Below, piece by piece: positions 17,782 through 27,820 of a stretch of 64,000 nt of DNA; positions within the stretch are counted from its first letter, which is position 1, and every line of letters begins with the position of its first letter. Below the pieces are notes generated by a model. It was not told where the DNA came from, ran no database searches, and was given only the letters and a program-made list of their open reading frames with translations. Made by a program: the position numbers and the translations under genes. This stretch comes from Candidatus Iainarchaeum sp. Its GTDB lineage: Archaea > Iainarchaeota > Iainarchaeia > Iainarchaeales > DTGL01. Location of the stretch: assembly GCA_026413945.1 (NCBI GenBank), contig JAOAJX010000001.1, forward strand, positions 64,001 through 128,000, written 5' to 3'.

Positions 17782-18810
17782 TTATCTTGTTGGTAGCTGA
17801 ATGCTAGTTTCCTTTTGCAGTTTTTTTCCACCAGTGGTTACAAAAGAAACCGCTAAAGTGCATTTTTCATAAGAAATTGTTTGGCCTGATTTTGGGGTAA
17901 GATTCATATCAGAATAGTTTGCGCTGAAATAGTAGCTTATTGCCTCTCCAAGATATGGGTTGGTAAAAACAAAGTCCTTTGGCTTTATTTCTCTGCGATC
18001 TTCGAAAATAATTGCGCCATTTGAATTAGAAATCTTTGTTTCGAGAATGCCAGCAGCGGCAACAAATGTGGAGCTTTTTAAGAAGCGGACAATAATAGTG
18101 ATGCCATTGGTGCTTGCATTTGAATAAATACCTTCTATCTTCTCTGGTTCACAAGAATAATTCTCAATATCAAGAAACTCCTTGACGCTATTGGTTTTTT
18201 CGAGCTTGTTGTAGTTTGCACTACTCAGCACTTTTTTCCCGTCTTGAGCATTAAATTCTACAATCACATAGCCCCTAGAATCAATGCTTTTGTTTATGTC
18301 GCTCTTATTTATCTGAATTTCGTATTGAGTATCCTTAAATTCTTTTGTTTCAGCATAGAATGTTTTAGTGTAGAGCAGTTTGTCAAAGAAATTCCTGACC
18401 TCAATTGTTACTACACCATCCTCAACAGCCTCGGCTCCAGAGTAATCAAGGAGCTTAAACTTTACGATTAATGCATTTGAGTCCTCAACTGAAATTGATA
18501 TGCTCTGAACAGAGCTTTTCTTTTCAACAGGCGTCATTGTTACTTCTGCTGTCAGTGTCTTTTCCGGAGTCCTATTTTCTTTTGTTGCTTCCGGTGTCTT
18601 AGATGTAATTGTTGGTCTAATTTCTCTTTGGGAAGTGCTTGAGAAAAAAACAAAATAAACAAATGATGCGCTTAAAATTATTATTGCCAAAATAGAAAAA
18701 AGGAAGATCTTATTGTTGCTTTTTGGTTTCTCTTCTTTGTTAATGACATTTGCTATGGTTGGTTTTACTTCATTGTTAGTGGCTGGGTCATCATATATTT
18801 TGAAAATCAT
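17782..18810 (-). CDS. Hypothetical single-pass membrane protein with two repeated beta-rich extracellular domains
   Basis: TM at ~aa35-56, Thr/Pro linker, two similar segments ending F...GKK.L. Confidence 0.7.
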   Translation of the reverse strand: MIFKIYDDPATNNEVKPTIANVINKEEKPKSNNKIFLFSILAIIILSASFVYFVFFSSTSQREIRPTITSKTPEATKENRTPEKTLTAEVTMTPVEKKSSVQSISISVEDSNALIVKFKLLDYSGAEAVEDGVVTIEVRNFFDKLLYTKTFYAETKEFKDTQYEIQINKSDINKSIDSRGYVIVEFNAQDGKKVLSSANYNKLEKTNSVKEFLDIENYSCEPEKIEGIYSNASTNGITIIVRFLKSSTFVAAAGILETKISNSNGAIIFEDRREIKPKDFVFTNPYLGEAISYYFSANYSDMNLTPKSGQTISYEKCTLAVSFVTTGGKKLQKETSIQLPTR

Positions 18811-18880
18811 TTTGTTAACACCTGTGCATTTTTGATTAATGCAATCCTTATTAAAAAATCTTTCGTATTACCACAATTTC

Positions 18881-19282
18881 ATGGCACGTTACAATAAAGG
18901 TGCGAACGCTGAGAGAGAGTTGTTGGGCATGTTCTATAGCGCTGGCTTTGCTGTTGTACGTGTAGCAGGCTCTGGAGCCTCAAAATATCCCGAACCGGAC
19001 TGCCTTGCATTAAAAAAAGAAAAAAAATTTGCATTCGAGTGCAAAGCTCGATCTGGCAAGTATCTAAACATACCAAAGGAGCAGCTTGAAAGCTTGGTTG
19101 CATGGGCCAATCAAGCTGGTCTTACTGCATATATCGCTTGGAAAATGCCTAGAAAAGGCTGGCTTTTTATAAAGCCGGCTTGTTTTGTGCTGAGAAAAAA
19201 AGGTTATGCTATCAGCATGGATGCAGCCTTGCGACTTGGTCAAACATTTGAAGATATTTCTCAAAAGGAGGTGAAAAAATGA
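18881..19282 (+). CDS. hjc: Holliday junction resolvase Hjc
   Basis: KGANAERELL..F...GFAVVRVAGSG....PD.LA......AFECK. Confidence 0.93.
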   Translation: MARYNKGANAERELLGMFYSAGFAVVRVAGSGASKYPEPDCLALKKEKKFAFECKARSGKYLNIPKEQLESLVAWANQAGLTAYIAWKMPRKGWLFIKPACFVLRKKGYAISMDAALRLGQTFEDISQKEVKK

Positions 19283-19395
19283 GCATGGACGAGGAAAAGC
19301 TTAAGACACTTAAAGGTATATATCTTAACACGATTGCAATATTGGTTCTAAATAGTATCATGGTTGGGGTTATGCTCGCAAAGCTCATCCTCTAA
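19279..19395 (+). CDS. Small single-TM protein, 38 aa (not in the ORF track)
   Basis: MSMDEEKLKTLKGIYLNTIAILVLNSIMVGVMLAKLIL*; strong AAGGAGGTGA RBS; ATGA overlap with the hjc stop. Confidence 0.65.
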   Translation: MSMDEEKLKTLKGIYLNTIAILVLNSIMVGVMLAKLIL

Positions 19396-20042
19396 ACAAC
19401 AGATGCACTAAAAAACATCACTGTGCCTGTGATTGAAATTGTAATTATAAGTATTAGCAAGTCCATTGTAAGGTATTGGAATTGTGTTATTAGCAAATAA
19501 AGTGCTGTAACGAAAAAGGCAATTCCACCAAGCACTAGCAAAAGAGCAACCCACTCATTTTTTGTGCCTAAGCGTCTCATCTTCATATCTTTTACTTCTT
19601 GCCTTAAAGCAGCAACTTTTTCTTCAATGCTTCTTGTCTTTTCGATTGAAGTGTTATTAAGATCATGTAAAAGATTTATGTCGCGCTTAATGTCTTCTCG
19701 TATTTCGGCAAGACCACCCCTAAGTTCACTTTTCATTTTGCTTTCGAGGTCACTTCTAAGCTGGATTAAAGCGCGGTCAAGGTATGTTTGAATCCTCGGA
19801 AGCTCATTGTTTATCTGTTCTCTAGCGATTTTGCCTATCTCCGCCTCTAAAAGAGCAAAGGTATCTGCCTGTGAAACAGACAGCAAACGTCTTGCTTGGT
19901 TTTCAGTAATGCCTGTCTGAACAAGAGTTCTTATTATGGAGTCCTCACTTTCACCTGCGCGCATCAAGTCTTTTATTATCTTTACTACATTTGTCTCTTT
20001 CTGCTTGAAATCTGGCATAGGCGTTTCTTCCAAAAACATCAC
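19392..20042 (-). CDS. Hypothetical coiled-coil protein with two C-terminal TM helices
   Basis: Long helical ORF with hydrophobic C-terminus; overlaps its neighbours in operon fashion. Confidence 0.7.
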   Translation of the reverse strand: MMFLEETPMPDFKQKETNVVKIIKDLMRAGESEDSIIRTLVQTGITENQARRLLSVSQADTFALLEAEIGKIAREQINNELPRIQTYLDRALIQLRSDLESKMKSELRGGLAEIREDIKRDINLLHDLNNTSIEKTRSIEEKVAALRQEVKDMKMRRLGTKNEWVALLLVLGGIAFFVTALYLLITQFQYLTMDLLILIITISITGTVMFFSASVV

Positions 20043-20668
20043 GCTTCTATTCCAATTTTTTTAGCAATTTCTTTCTTGAAAAACTCCCCAGTAACAATAA
20101 AAATAATTTCTGTGTTTCCACTTTTTATAGGCAAATACTCAAATGCAGTCTTCCTGCAACCACCAGCCTTAACATCAAATAATATAGTTTTGTTTTCTTC
20201 TTTTATAAAGGTTGCGTCGTGCGTTTCGGAAACCGTTATGAAGATATCTTCAGAGGTTTTGTTGCATATGTTAAGGTATATCTTAAATTTAGAACCGACT
20301 TTTGCATTTTCTTGATCAACTTCAATGCTCAGCATGGCCTCTGGCGATTCTGCGAAGGCATATTGTTTTGCTTCTTTATGAAATGGTGCCTTTGCTATTA
20401 CAAAACCAATTTTCCTATCAGATGGCACATAGATGCGTGTTTTTTGGTATGGTGCAAGCACAGGTATGCAGTCAATTATTAGCCCAGAATCTGTCTCAAC
20501 GGTTATATTCTTTATTACATGGCTGCTTTCATTTTTAAGGTAAAGTTTCTCATTGATAATTTCAAATTTCAGTCCTGGCGCAAAAAAAATCAGATATATG
20601 GCTAACGAAGAGTAAGCTACAAAAACAAATGAAAAAACAGCTAGTAGGCGCTTAACTTTTTCATCCAT
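20039..20668 (-). CDS. Hypothetical membrane-anchored protein with Ig-like domains
   Basis: N-terminal TM and beta-rich remainder. Confidence 0.65.
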   Translation of the reverse strand: MDEKVKRLLAVFSFVFVAYSSLAIYLIFFAPGLKFEIINEKLYLKNESSHVIKNITVETDSGLIIDCIPVLAPYQKTRIYVPSDRKIGFVIAKAPFHKEAKQYAFAESPEAMLSIEVDQENAKVGSKFKIYLNICNKTSEDIFITVSETHDATFIKEENKTILFDVKAGGCRKTAFEYLPIKSGNTEIIFIVTGEFFKKEIAKKIGIEA

Positions 20669-20710
20669 AGTTTATATATAGAAATACTTTATTTATATTT
20701 TTAACCAGAT

Positions 20711-21064
20711 TCACAAAAGCTTTAGATCTGAAAAAATCTTATCTAAAATCTCTGATGGTGCTGGGCCTGCTGCAAAACACGTTAAAGTGCCTGGCTTTGT
20801 CTGTGTAATACCTGCGTCCTTTATAAGCGCTGCAGGAACAAGCCTCTTTGATTGATGATAGAGTTTCAAAAGAGTTTCTTCATTTGGAACCTTAAGCACG
20901 ATCTTTGCTTTGCCGCCTTTAGCCCAGGCAACAGCCCACTCTGGCTTTTCTTTCAGAACTATCTCATAAGCCTCAAGTGATGCATGCGCTGCTTGAGCTG
21001 CAACCTTGCCTTTGCCCAGCTTTAGATCTGATCTGACAACTATTGTCTGCTTGAACTCGGCCAT
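20711..21064 (-). CDS. pth2: Peptidyl-tRNA hydrolase Pth2
   Basis: KQ.IVVRSDLKLGKGKVAAQAAHAS, KIVLKV, I.DAG.TQ..PGT.T..A.GP, LKLL. Confidence 0.95.
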   Translation of the reverse strand: MAEFKQTIVVRSDLKLGKGKVAAQAAHASLEAYEIVLKEKPEWAVAWAKGGKAKIVLKVPNEETLLKLYHQSKRLVPAALIKDAGITQTKPGTLTCFAAGPAPSEILDKIFSDLKLL

Positions 21065-21148
21065 ATGTAAGCAAACCATATTTATTATTAAAAAAGTTGC
21101 TGGGTGTGTGAGGCAAAATTTATATTTAAATAGAATTATAGTATATTC

Positions 21149-22870
21149 ATGCAGCTTAGGAAAATATCTTTGTGCTTTATCTTATTTTGTCTGCTTGTGC
21201 AGTGCTTTGCCGAAGTTGACTCTGATAACGATATGGTACCAGATGAACATGAGCTTTTAGACAAAACAGATCCGAACAATGCAGCAGATAATGCCTTGGT
21301 ACTTAAAATCCGTGGCGAAATTGCTTTAGATAAAACCATTTTTATATCAGTTGAGCACCCAGATCTTGGCAAGATGAAAGGTGTTGAATTTTCAATAAAG
21401 ACAAAATCTAAAATAACAAATTTGAATAGCGCTAATTTGGGGGAAGTAGAATATAAGATTGAAGAATCCGGCATTCATTATATAAGCGCAAAAAAAGGAA
21501 ATTTTTATCTAATGCAATATATTATTCCTGCCTGTGGTTATGAACAAAAAGAAAAAAGTTTTGTGCCTTTAGCTGTTCTGTTAACAGTAAATTTTACAAA
21601 TATTATTGTTGCCCTAATATTCTTCGTCTTTTTTATGACACTGCTTAAGGCGTATTTTACAGACTCGGAGGACATAGCGGCACTAATTGCCGGGTTTGGG
21701 GCTTTTAGTATATTTTATGCAAATTATTCTTTGCTATTGCCCATTCTTGCTAAAGAACGCTTGGTTGTTCAGGCATATCTTCTTGTTGAATTTCTTTTTG
21801 GGCTTTTCGCTACAAATCTTGTTAAGACAAGTGCTGCTAAGAGAATTGCTGAAAAAGAGGTGCTTGCTGCGGATAGAAAGCCTTTTTCTTTTGGTGGGCT
21901 TTTTGCAAATCTTTTTATCTGGAAGCGGGATTTGAAGGCCAAAAAAGTTTTTGAAATGAAAAAAGATATTGCTAAAACAAAGGCAAAGCTAGGTAATGCT
22001 ATTATCGAAGCTAGAGCTGCTGAAAGTAAGGAAGTTATTCAGGAAAAGATGGGGGCCATCAGCGAACATATTGAAAACTTGCAAAAAAATCTTATTGAAG
22101 CAAAGCTCATGAAAGACGAGGCAGAGAAAAAAGAGGCAAAAACAATTGATGATCTACGCACTGAAAAAGAACTTGAGCTTATGATTGAAGATATAAGCAA
22201 AGTGCTTGCATCCGAATTGCAAATCAGCGAACTACCTGAAAAGATAGAGCCCATTGAGGAGAAAAAAGGCTTTTTTAGCTTCTTGAAATTGAATAGAAGA
22301 GGCGAATTAAAAAAATTAGAAAAAGCAAATGTTTGCATATCACTATCTGATGTTTATGGCCAGGCACTGAACGCGTCAAACGCATCTTTTTTTATAGGTG
22401 CAAATGAAGTAAAGCCCGTAAAAATTCTTGCTGAGAGGGCTTATTTTTACTTTACGGAAACTGTGGTTGAACTCTATGTGCGCTATCTTGGCTACACTGA
22501 TGCACATAAGATGATTGAAACCAGCGATTCTATGGGGGAAGTTGAGATAAAAATGAAACATTCTTTGCTTCTCAAAATAACTGATGCCGCTGGCAAAGAG
22601 CTCAGGGATGTATTTATAACAATAACCGATGACTCTGGTAAAAAAGTAGAGGATATACAAAAGAACAGCATATGGAAAACTCCTTGTCCGATGAATGCTT
22701 CCGATGGCACAGCTGCGATCGCTCTTAACCCTGCAAACTTAAGGGGCAAGATGTTGAAAGTAAATGTCGTTAGGGCTGGTTTTAAAAATGCAGAATTGCT
22801 TATACCATCGTCAAAGATTTCAACTGAGGAGCAAACAATTAAGGCAATTATGCTCGAAAGAGCAAAGTAA
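21149..22870 (+). CDS. Hypothetical multi-domain membrane protein
   Basis: Signal peptide, DSDND.VPD..E...TDPN Ca-binding-like motif, 3 TM, coiled coil, beta-rich C-terminus. Confidence 0.7.
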   Translation: MQLRKISLCFILFCLLVQCFAEVDSDNDMVPDEHELLDKTDPNNAADNALVLKIRGEIALDKTIFISVEHPDLGKMKGVEFSIKTKSKITNLNSANLGEVEYKIEESGIHYISAKKGNFYLMQYIIPACGYEQKEKSFVPLAVLLTVNFTNIIVALIFFVFFMTLLKAYFTDSEDIAALIAGFGAFSIFYANYSLLLPILAKERLVVQAYLLVEFLFGLFATNLVKTSAAKRIAEKEVLAADRKPFSFGGLFANLFIWKRDLKAKKVFEMKKDIAKTKAKLGNAIIEARAAESKEVIQEKMGAISEHIENLQKNLIEAKLMKDEAEKKEAKTIDDLRTEKELELMIEDISKVLASELQISELPEKIEPIEEKKGFFSFLKLNRRGELKKLEKANVCISLSDVYGQALNASNASFFIGANEVKPVKILAERAYFYFTETVVELYVRYLGYTDAHKMIETSDSMGEVEIKMKHSLLLKITDAAGKELRDVFITITDDSGKKVEDIQKNSIWKTPCPMNASDGTAAIALNPANLRGKMLKVNVVRAGFKNAELLIPSSKISTEEQTIKAIMLERAK

Positions 22871-22872
22871 TG

Positions 22873-24459
22873 TTATTCTTTAAGATTATTATAATACAAG
22901 AAATAATATCTGCTTTTATTGGCGCTTGTGCTACCTTTAACCAAAAACCAAATGGTTGAAAGCTTTGTCTGTTGGTTATAGTTGAGGTCCCAATCTATGC
23001 CTTTTACGAGAAGACTGACTGGCGCCCCTGAACCTAAGCTTGAAACTTCGATAAGTGCCAAGCTTTCAAGATTTAAGTCACAATTTTTACAACCAACTGA
23101 AAGGAACTCAGCATCAAAATTTATGTCTAGCAAGACATTTGTATCTTGCCTTGAAGTTTTACCTGCATTAAAAGCCAGTGGCAAACGATAACTTACATTT
23201 GCTGAAAGCCATTCTTTTTCCTCGATGTTCTTTATTGAAAACTGCACTGTTTTTGGGTTAAATATAAATGCTTGGCTTGCAGATCCTAAGTAGGTTGTTA
23301 CATTTGTGCTCTCTGCATCGCCACTAACTATTGAAAGTTGGCATTCTGGTTCAGTGTAATTTAAGTTAGCGTAAGCTGGTCTATCTTTTCTGTATGGCAA
23401 GAAATCGAAGTAAAGGTAATAAAGCTTTGTTGAGTTTGCTGGAACCGTGCCAGGCATCTGCCATTTAATTATTGCTTTTTTAGATGTTTCAGAATATGAA
23501 ACATGGAAGGGGATTGGCTCCACTTCGTTTGTATCTGGATCATAGTCGACAGGGCTAAAATTCTCATATTCTATGAGTCTAAAGCTATTTTTGTCAAGCT
23601 CTGCTGAAATATTTAGCTTTTGCATTATTTCATTGAGGTCAATTGTTTTTTGTAAAATTGCATTTGTTAGATCGCAGCTCAAAGTGTTTACAGCAATAGG
23701 TATGCGGTAATGCCACCAATAATCATCATCTTTGTTGTAATCCCACCATTCTGCTGAGCTTAGCACACCGATAGAGTCACCAATTTGCCAATTAGTTGCT
23801 GAACTCTGTATGTTAATTTGTATATCGGTGGGCATATCAATCCAAAACTCGTTTGTGTTTGGGAAAAAGATGAAGCTGAAGTTCCTGTCAGGATCACCAA
23901 TTATTATAAGACGATCAGAATTCTTTAGTAAAGACATGTTCATATCAGGATACCTAATTACGATATCTGGTGAGTTTGAATCTATAAAATGAACGCTTGC
24001 AAAAGTATTCGAAACATTTATATCAAAGTATGGGTTCAAAACCCTATATTTGCCTGTGATCAGTGCTTCTGCTTTAAGACTTGTATTTTCATCATACATT
24101 GGTTCTATTAGACCTTTTGGCAATACGTATACGCTATGAATTTCTCCCGTTGGAATGACAAAAAAAAGCCTGTTAAGGTATTGATCAAAAGGCCTACTTA
24201 CAAGATAATTGTAATCAGTATTTACATCAAGTAGCACTGGAAATTGTCTATTACAATCATAACGCTGTGAGTTGCAGTCAGTTTTTAGAAGTATTGCCTT
24301 TGCTTCTATTTTGTTTGCGATATTGTTCATGATATTTTGCATCTCTGTTTCAGTTATTGTTGGAGCATTTATAGACATAAGCCAAGGTATTGCAAAGAAT
24401 AAACCGACGATTAAAAAAACAAATATCACTGAACTTATTATCCAGTCGGTTGATTCCAT
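22873..24459 (-). CDS. Membrane-anchored surface protein with two DUF2341-like repeats
   Basis: N-terminal TM; two repeats YR.P(I/L)A.N...(I)(D/N)....L...S..LIE...W...G...AN....Y.LY. Confidence 0.65.
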   Translation of the reverse strand: MESTDWIISSVIFVFLIVGLFFAIPWLMSINAPTITETEMQNIMNNIANKIEAKAILLKTDCNSQRYDCNRQFPVLLDVNTDYNYLVSRPFDQYLNRLFFVIPTGEIHSVYVLPKGLIEPMYDENTSLKAEALITGKYRVLNPYFDINVSNTFASVHFIDSNSPDIVIRYPDMNMSLLKNSDRLIIIGDPDRNFSFIFFPNTNEFWIDMPTDIQINIQSSATNWQIGDSIGVLSSAEWWDYNKDDDYWWHYRIPIAVNTLSCDLTNAILQKTIDLNEIMQKLNISAELDKNSFRLIEYENFSPVDYDPDTNEVEPIPFHVSYSETSKKAIIKWQMPGTVPANSTKLYYLYFDFLPYRKDRPAYANLNYTEPECQLSIVSGDAESTNVTTYLGSASQAFIFNPKTVQFSIKNIEEKEWLSANVSYRLPLAFNAGKTSRQDTNVLLDINFDAEFLSVGCKNCDLNLESLALIEVSSLGSGAPVSLLVKGIDWDLNYNQQTKLSTIWFLVKGSTSANKSRYYFLYYNNLKE

Positions 24460-24525
24460 TTTGGCACCCGTGTAAATAAGTAGCGCTTGTAGTTAAAAAA
24501 TCTTTTCTTGGGCATTAGCCAAAAG

Positions 24526-25125
24526 CTAAATTATCTTTTGTTTCCATAGCTCTTGGAAGAGGTTTGTTGCTGCAAATGCGCTGTTGTCGCAGACAAGATC
24601 TATAACTGTTCTAACCTTGTTGGTGTACTTATAATCAGAATCAGAAACAAAGTCAAGGGGCAAGTCAATGCTATAGAGGCACAAGTTTGTTTTGTCGCCT
24701 GGCATTGCTGCAAGCTTTTCAATTAAGTTAGTGTCCTTTTCAGTAAGATATGCGCAGATTCTCTTTGTCTTTACATTATTGCAATAGTAGCTTAAAGCAC
24801 TATCCAAACAAAAAACGCTGTTATGCTTTATCATTTCCTTCACTGCCTGTGGCGCAATTGAAAGGTTAAATCTTGCGATAATAGTTTTCTCCATAGACCT
24901 ATATGCGGCAATTTCGCTTATTATTGAAAGCGCATCTTTTATGAAATAGCCGTTTTTTCCTTTTTCGATGGAACCTTTTTGCTGGAAGTATTTCACAATC
25001 TTATTAACTTGCCCCAAAGATACTTTTAAGTTTTGGCTCAAAGAAAGCTGTGTAAATTCCTTGCATTCAAGCATCGCATTAACTATGTTGAAGCTCACCG
25101 GCTTGCTGAAATCAAGCGTTGACAT
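24526..25125 (-). CDS. Winged-helix DNA-binding protein (possibly AbiEi-like)
   Basis: FTQLSLSQNLKVSLGQVNKIV HTH; C-terminal RTVIDL. Confidence 0.6.
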   Translation of the reverse strand: MSTLDFSKPVSFNIVNAMLECKEFTQLSLSQNLKVSLGQVNKIVKYFQQKGSIEKGKNGYFIKDALSIISEIAAYRSMEKTIIARFNLSIAPQAVKEMIKHNSVFCLDSALSYYCNNVKTKRICAYLTEKDTNLIEKLAAMPGDKTNLCLYSIDLPLDFVSDSDYKYTNKVRTVIDLVCDNSAFAATNLFQELWKQKII

Positions 25126-25204
25126 ATTTGGATTTTAACCAAAAAAATATTTAAAATGATGCAATTAATAGTTTTTTTGCTAAAAAGCATTTTAGGGATG
25201 CAAA

Positions 25205-26383
25205 ATGGGTTTTGGATTGAAATTTAGTAGAAGAAATGCATTGATGCTTTTTTTGATAATTCTTACAATGTTTTTTTTGATTTTTTTCGGGACTAGCTTT
25301 ATAGGGTTATTACTCGGAAAAGAAGGGTGGGAAGAAAAGGTTGAAAGTATCGACGAAAAATCGATTATTAATACTGCCCCAGAAGAAATAAAAGCCCATA
25401 TTGAGATCGTTGAAATAACATTGCATGACTGCAATGGCTGCCTAAATTTTGAATATCTAAAAGCCCAGCTCAAAGACATGGACATTCGCTTAGATGAGAA
25501 AAAAATTTATTATCCAGATGATGAGGCAAAAAAATTAATTGGTAAATATTCAATAAAAGCGCTTCCGACAATTATAGTAAGAGGCGACTTTAAAGGCCTC
25601 GATATATTCAAAAATTGGTCTTCTTTTGGCTATGTGCTTAATGATGCCCTTGTCTTTGACAACAATATTCCTGTATACTATGATTTAGATTCCAAGAGAT
25701 TTGTTGGTGCAGTGAGGATAATTGAGCTTGTTGATGGTTCTTGTGAGCAGTGTAAAGAGCCATTTGAGTTGCTTTCAGCACTTACATCTCAATCTGGAAT
25801 AAATGTTGTTGATTTTAAGCGCATAGATGTAAACACTGATGAAGGAAAAGAGCTTGCCAAGAAACATTACATTGATTTTGTGCCTTCTTTGATATTTTCA
25901 AAAGAAATAAGCGATTACAATCTTGGCGAATATATTGGAATTGGCACTTTTGGTCCAGATGGTTCCTTCGTTGTAAGGGAAAAGTTTCCTCCATACAAAG
26001 ACTTGAAAAGCGGCACAGTAAAAGGCCTTTTATATGTTACTATAATAGAGCACAGCTTCTGTTGGGCTTGCCAAGGTGCAAAAGAAATGCTTGCTTTCCT
26101 CAGAAACAACCTTGGATTGAGCTTTAAGGAAATATTAGTATATGATTTCAATTCACCAGAAGCGAAAAAGCTAATTGAAAACTATGGAATTAGTTACATA
26201 CCTGCTGCGCTTGTTTTCGGTGATACCTCTGAGTACAAGCTTTTTTCAGAGCATTGGCCAAAGCTTGGAATTGTGTTCAAAGATGGGGTTTATATGCTTG
26301 ATGATTACAAGCTTCTAGGCGAAGGCTATTACTTTGACTTGAACAGTTATCAGATTTTCCATTATGGGAAACATGAAGGGTAG
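25205..26383 (+). CDS. Membrane-anchored protein with three CxxC thioredoxin-like repeats
   Basis: CNGC, CEQC and CWAC, each followed by E(A/G)K.L...Y.I...P.(I/L). Confidence 0.75.
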   Translation: MGFGLKFSRRNALMLFLIILTMFFLIFFGTSFIGLLLGKEGWEEKVESIDEKSIINTAPEEIKAHIEIVEITLHDCNGCLNFEYLKAQLKDMDIRLDEKKIYYPDDEAKKLIGKYSIKALPTIIVRGDFKGLDIFKNWSSFGYVLNDALVFDNNIPVYYDLDSKRFVGAVRIIELVDGSCEQCKEPFELLSALTSQSGINVVDFKRIDVNTDEGKELAKKHYIDFVPSLIFSKEISDYNLGEYIGIGTFGPDGSFVVREKFPPYKDLKSGTVKGLLYVTIIEHSFCWACQGAKEMLAFLRNNLGLSFKEILVYDFNSPEAKKLIENYGISYIPAALVFGDTSEYKLFSEHWPKLGIVFKDGVYMLDDYKLLGEGYYFDLNSYQIFHYGKHEG

Positions 26384-26445
26384 CGAAAAAAATATTAATA
26401 TAGAAGTATATTATAGAAGTAAACAGTTTTGCTGAGAGTGTTTAA

Positions 26446-27738
26446 ATGGCAGTGAATGTAAAGTTGTGCAGCAAAGCATCTCTTCTGCTTGTACTTATTC
26501 TAATATGCGCAAACGCATTTGCAACAGTGCCAAGGTTGCTAACAGTCCAAGGCCGCCTTAAAGACGGCACTGTGCTTGCGCATGGAGACTATAACATGAC
26601 ATTTTACATTTACAATGCCTCTAGCGGCGGCACTTCTCTATGGAGTGAGCAGCATTTCAATGTTCCTGTTGACAGGGGCTACTTTAGTGTCATACTTGGG
26701 GAAAGCAATCCAATAACGCTGCCTTTCACTACACAGTATTGGCTTGCAATAAGAGTAAATAATGAAGCTGAAATGACACCACGCTTAAAGCTGACAAACT
26801 CAAGCTATGCTTTTTATGCAATAGATGCAAATGTAAGCCCTTCGCAATGGATAACCTCGGGAAGCAATATTTATTATAATCTGGGCAATGTTGGAATAGG
26901 AGTGACTTCGCCTTCGTATAGATTAGATGTCAATGGCCCGTTGCGTCTTATGCCTGGCACTGCTCCGACTGGCGCGAATGGTGTGATTTACTATGACACA
27001 AGCACAAACAAATTCAGGTGCTACGAAAATGGTGCATGGGTTAATTGCATAAGCTCTGGTGGCGGCTCAATAATTTCCGCAGGTGACTCAAATGTTGAGG
27101 TTGTCGATGCTGGAGATGGTTATATTGTGCTCAGGGAAGACAATGCTGAAATAATGAGGGTTTCCGGTGGTAATATAGGCATTGGAACAACAAACCCCGG
27201 AACTAAACTTGATGTGTCCGGAGGCAGCATCCGTACTTCCGGGCAATTGATTTCAACAGTTGCAACCGGCACTTCGCCACTAGTTGTTTCCTCTACCACG
27301 GTGGTAACAAATTTAAACGCAGACATGGTGGATGGTTACCATTCATCTTCCTTGGCGAGAGCAAAGACAATATACCTTACAAGTACAACTTTTTATGGTA
27401 ATCATAACTGTGATGATGTGCCCACTAACTGCTGCGCTTCTGGCTACAGGATGTGCAGGTTGGGTGACTTGATGTCATACAGACCTGAACAAGACATAAT
27501 TGAATATAGTGGCACCGGCAGACACACTAGCCCATGGTTGTATGTCAATGGTTGGGTAGATGCAACATATTACAATTGTAATAGCTGGACTTCCAGTGAG
27601 GATGGAGTTTATGGAAGTATTGTGCAGCTCTATGGCCAAAGTGCAACAAAATTAGGCGGTTTTGGTTATTGGAATTATCCTTATTATACACAAGGTTGCT
27701 TATACGCTGCAAGGATTTGGTGCTGCAAAGAAGTATAA
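26446..27738 (+). CDS. Secreted fibre/adhesin-like protein with Cys-rich (DUF1554/C-lectin-like) C-terminal domain
   Basis: Signal peptide; P.LL..QGRL.D...G.FSV.LG...WL.I.VN; GN(V/I)GIG..P repeats; NLNADMVDG; C-terminal CNSWTSS...GC.....WCC. Confidence 0.7.
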   Translation: MAVNVKLCSKASLLLVLILICANAFATVPRLLTVQGRLKDGTVLAHGDYNMTFYIYNASSGGTSLWSEQHFNVPVDRGYFSVILGESNPITLPFTTQYWLAIRVNNEAEMTPRLKLTNSSYAFYAIDANVSPSQWITSGSNIYYNLGNVGIGVTSPSYRLDVNGPLRLMPGTAPTGANGVIYYDTSTNKFRCYENGAWVNCISSGGGSIISAGDSNVEVVDAGDGYIVLREDNAEIMRVSGGNIGIGTTNPGTKLDVSGGSIRTSGQLISTVATGTSPLVVSSTTVVTNLNADMVDGYHSSSLARAKTIYLTSTTFYGNHNCDDVPTNCCASGYRMCRLGDLMSYRPEQDIIEYSGTGRHTSPWLYVNGWVDATYYNCNSWTSSEDGVYGSIVQLYGQSATKLGGFGYWNYPYYTQGCLYAARIWCCKEV

Positions 27739-27820
27739 GGCATATAGCTCTAAAACCTCTTTGTTTTTTATAAAAGGCAATTTAATGGGCTTTATTAATT
27801 TTTCCGGTTAAATTTTAAGT

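Noticed and set aside
24526-25125. AbiE toxin-antitoxin defence system
   Set aside because: No adjacent nucleotidyltransferase toxin; only a weak wHTH resemblance
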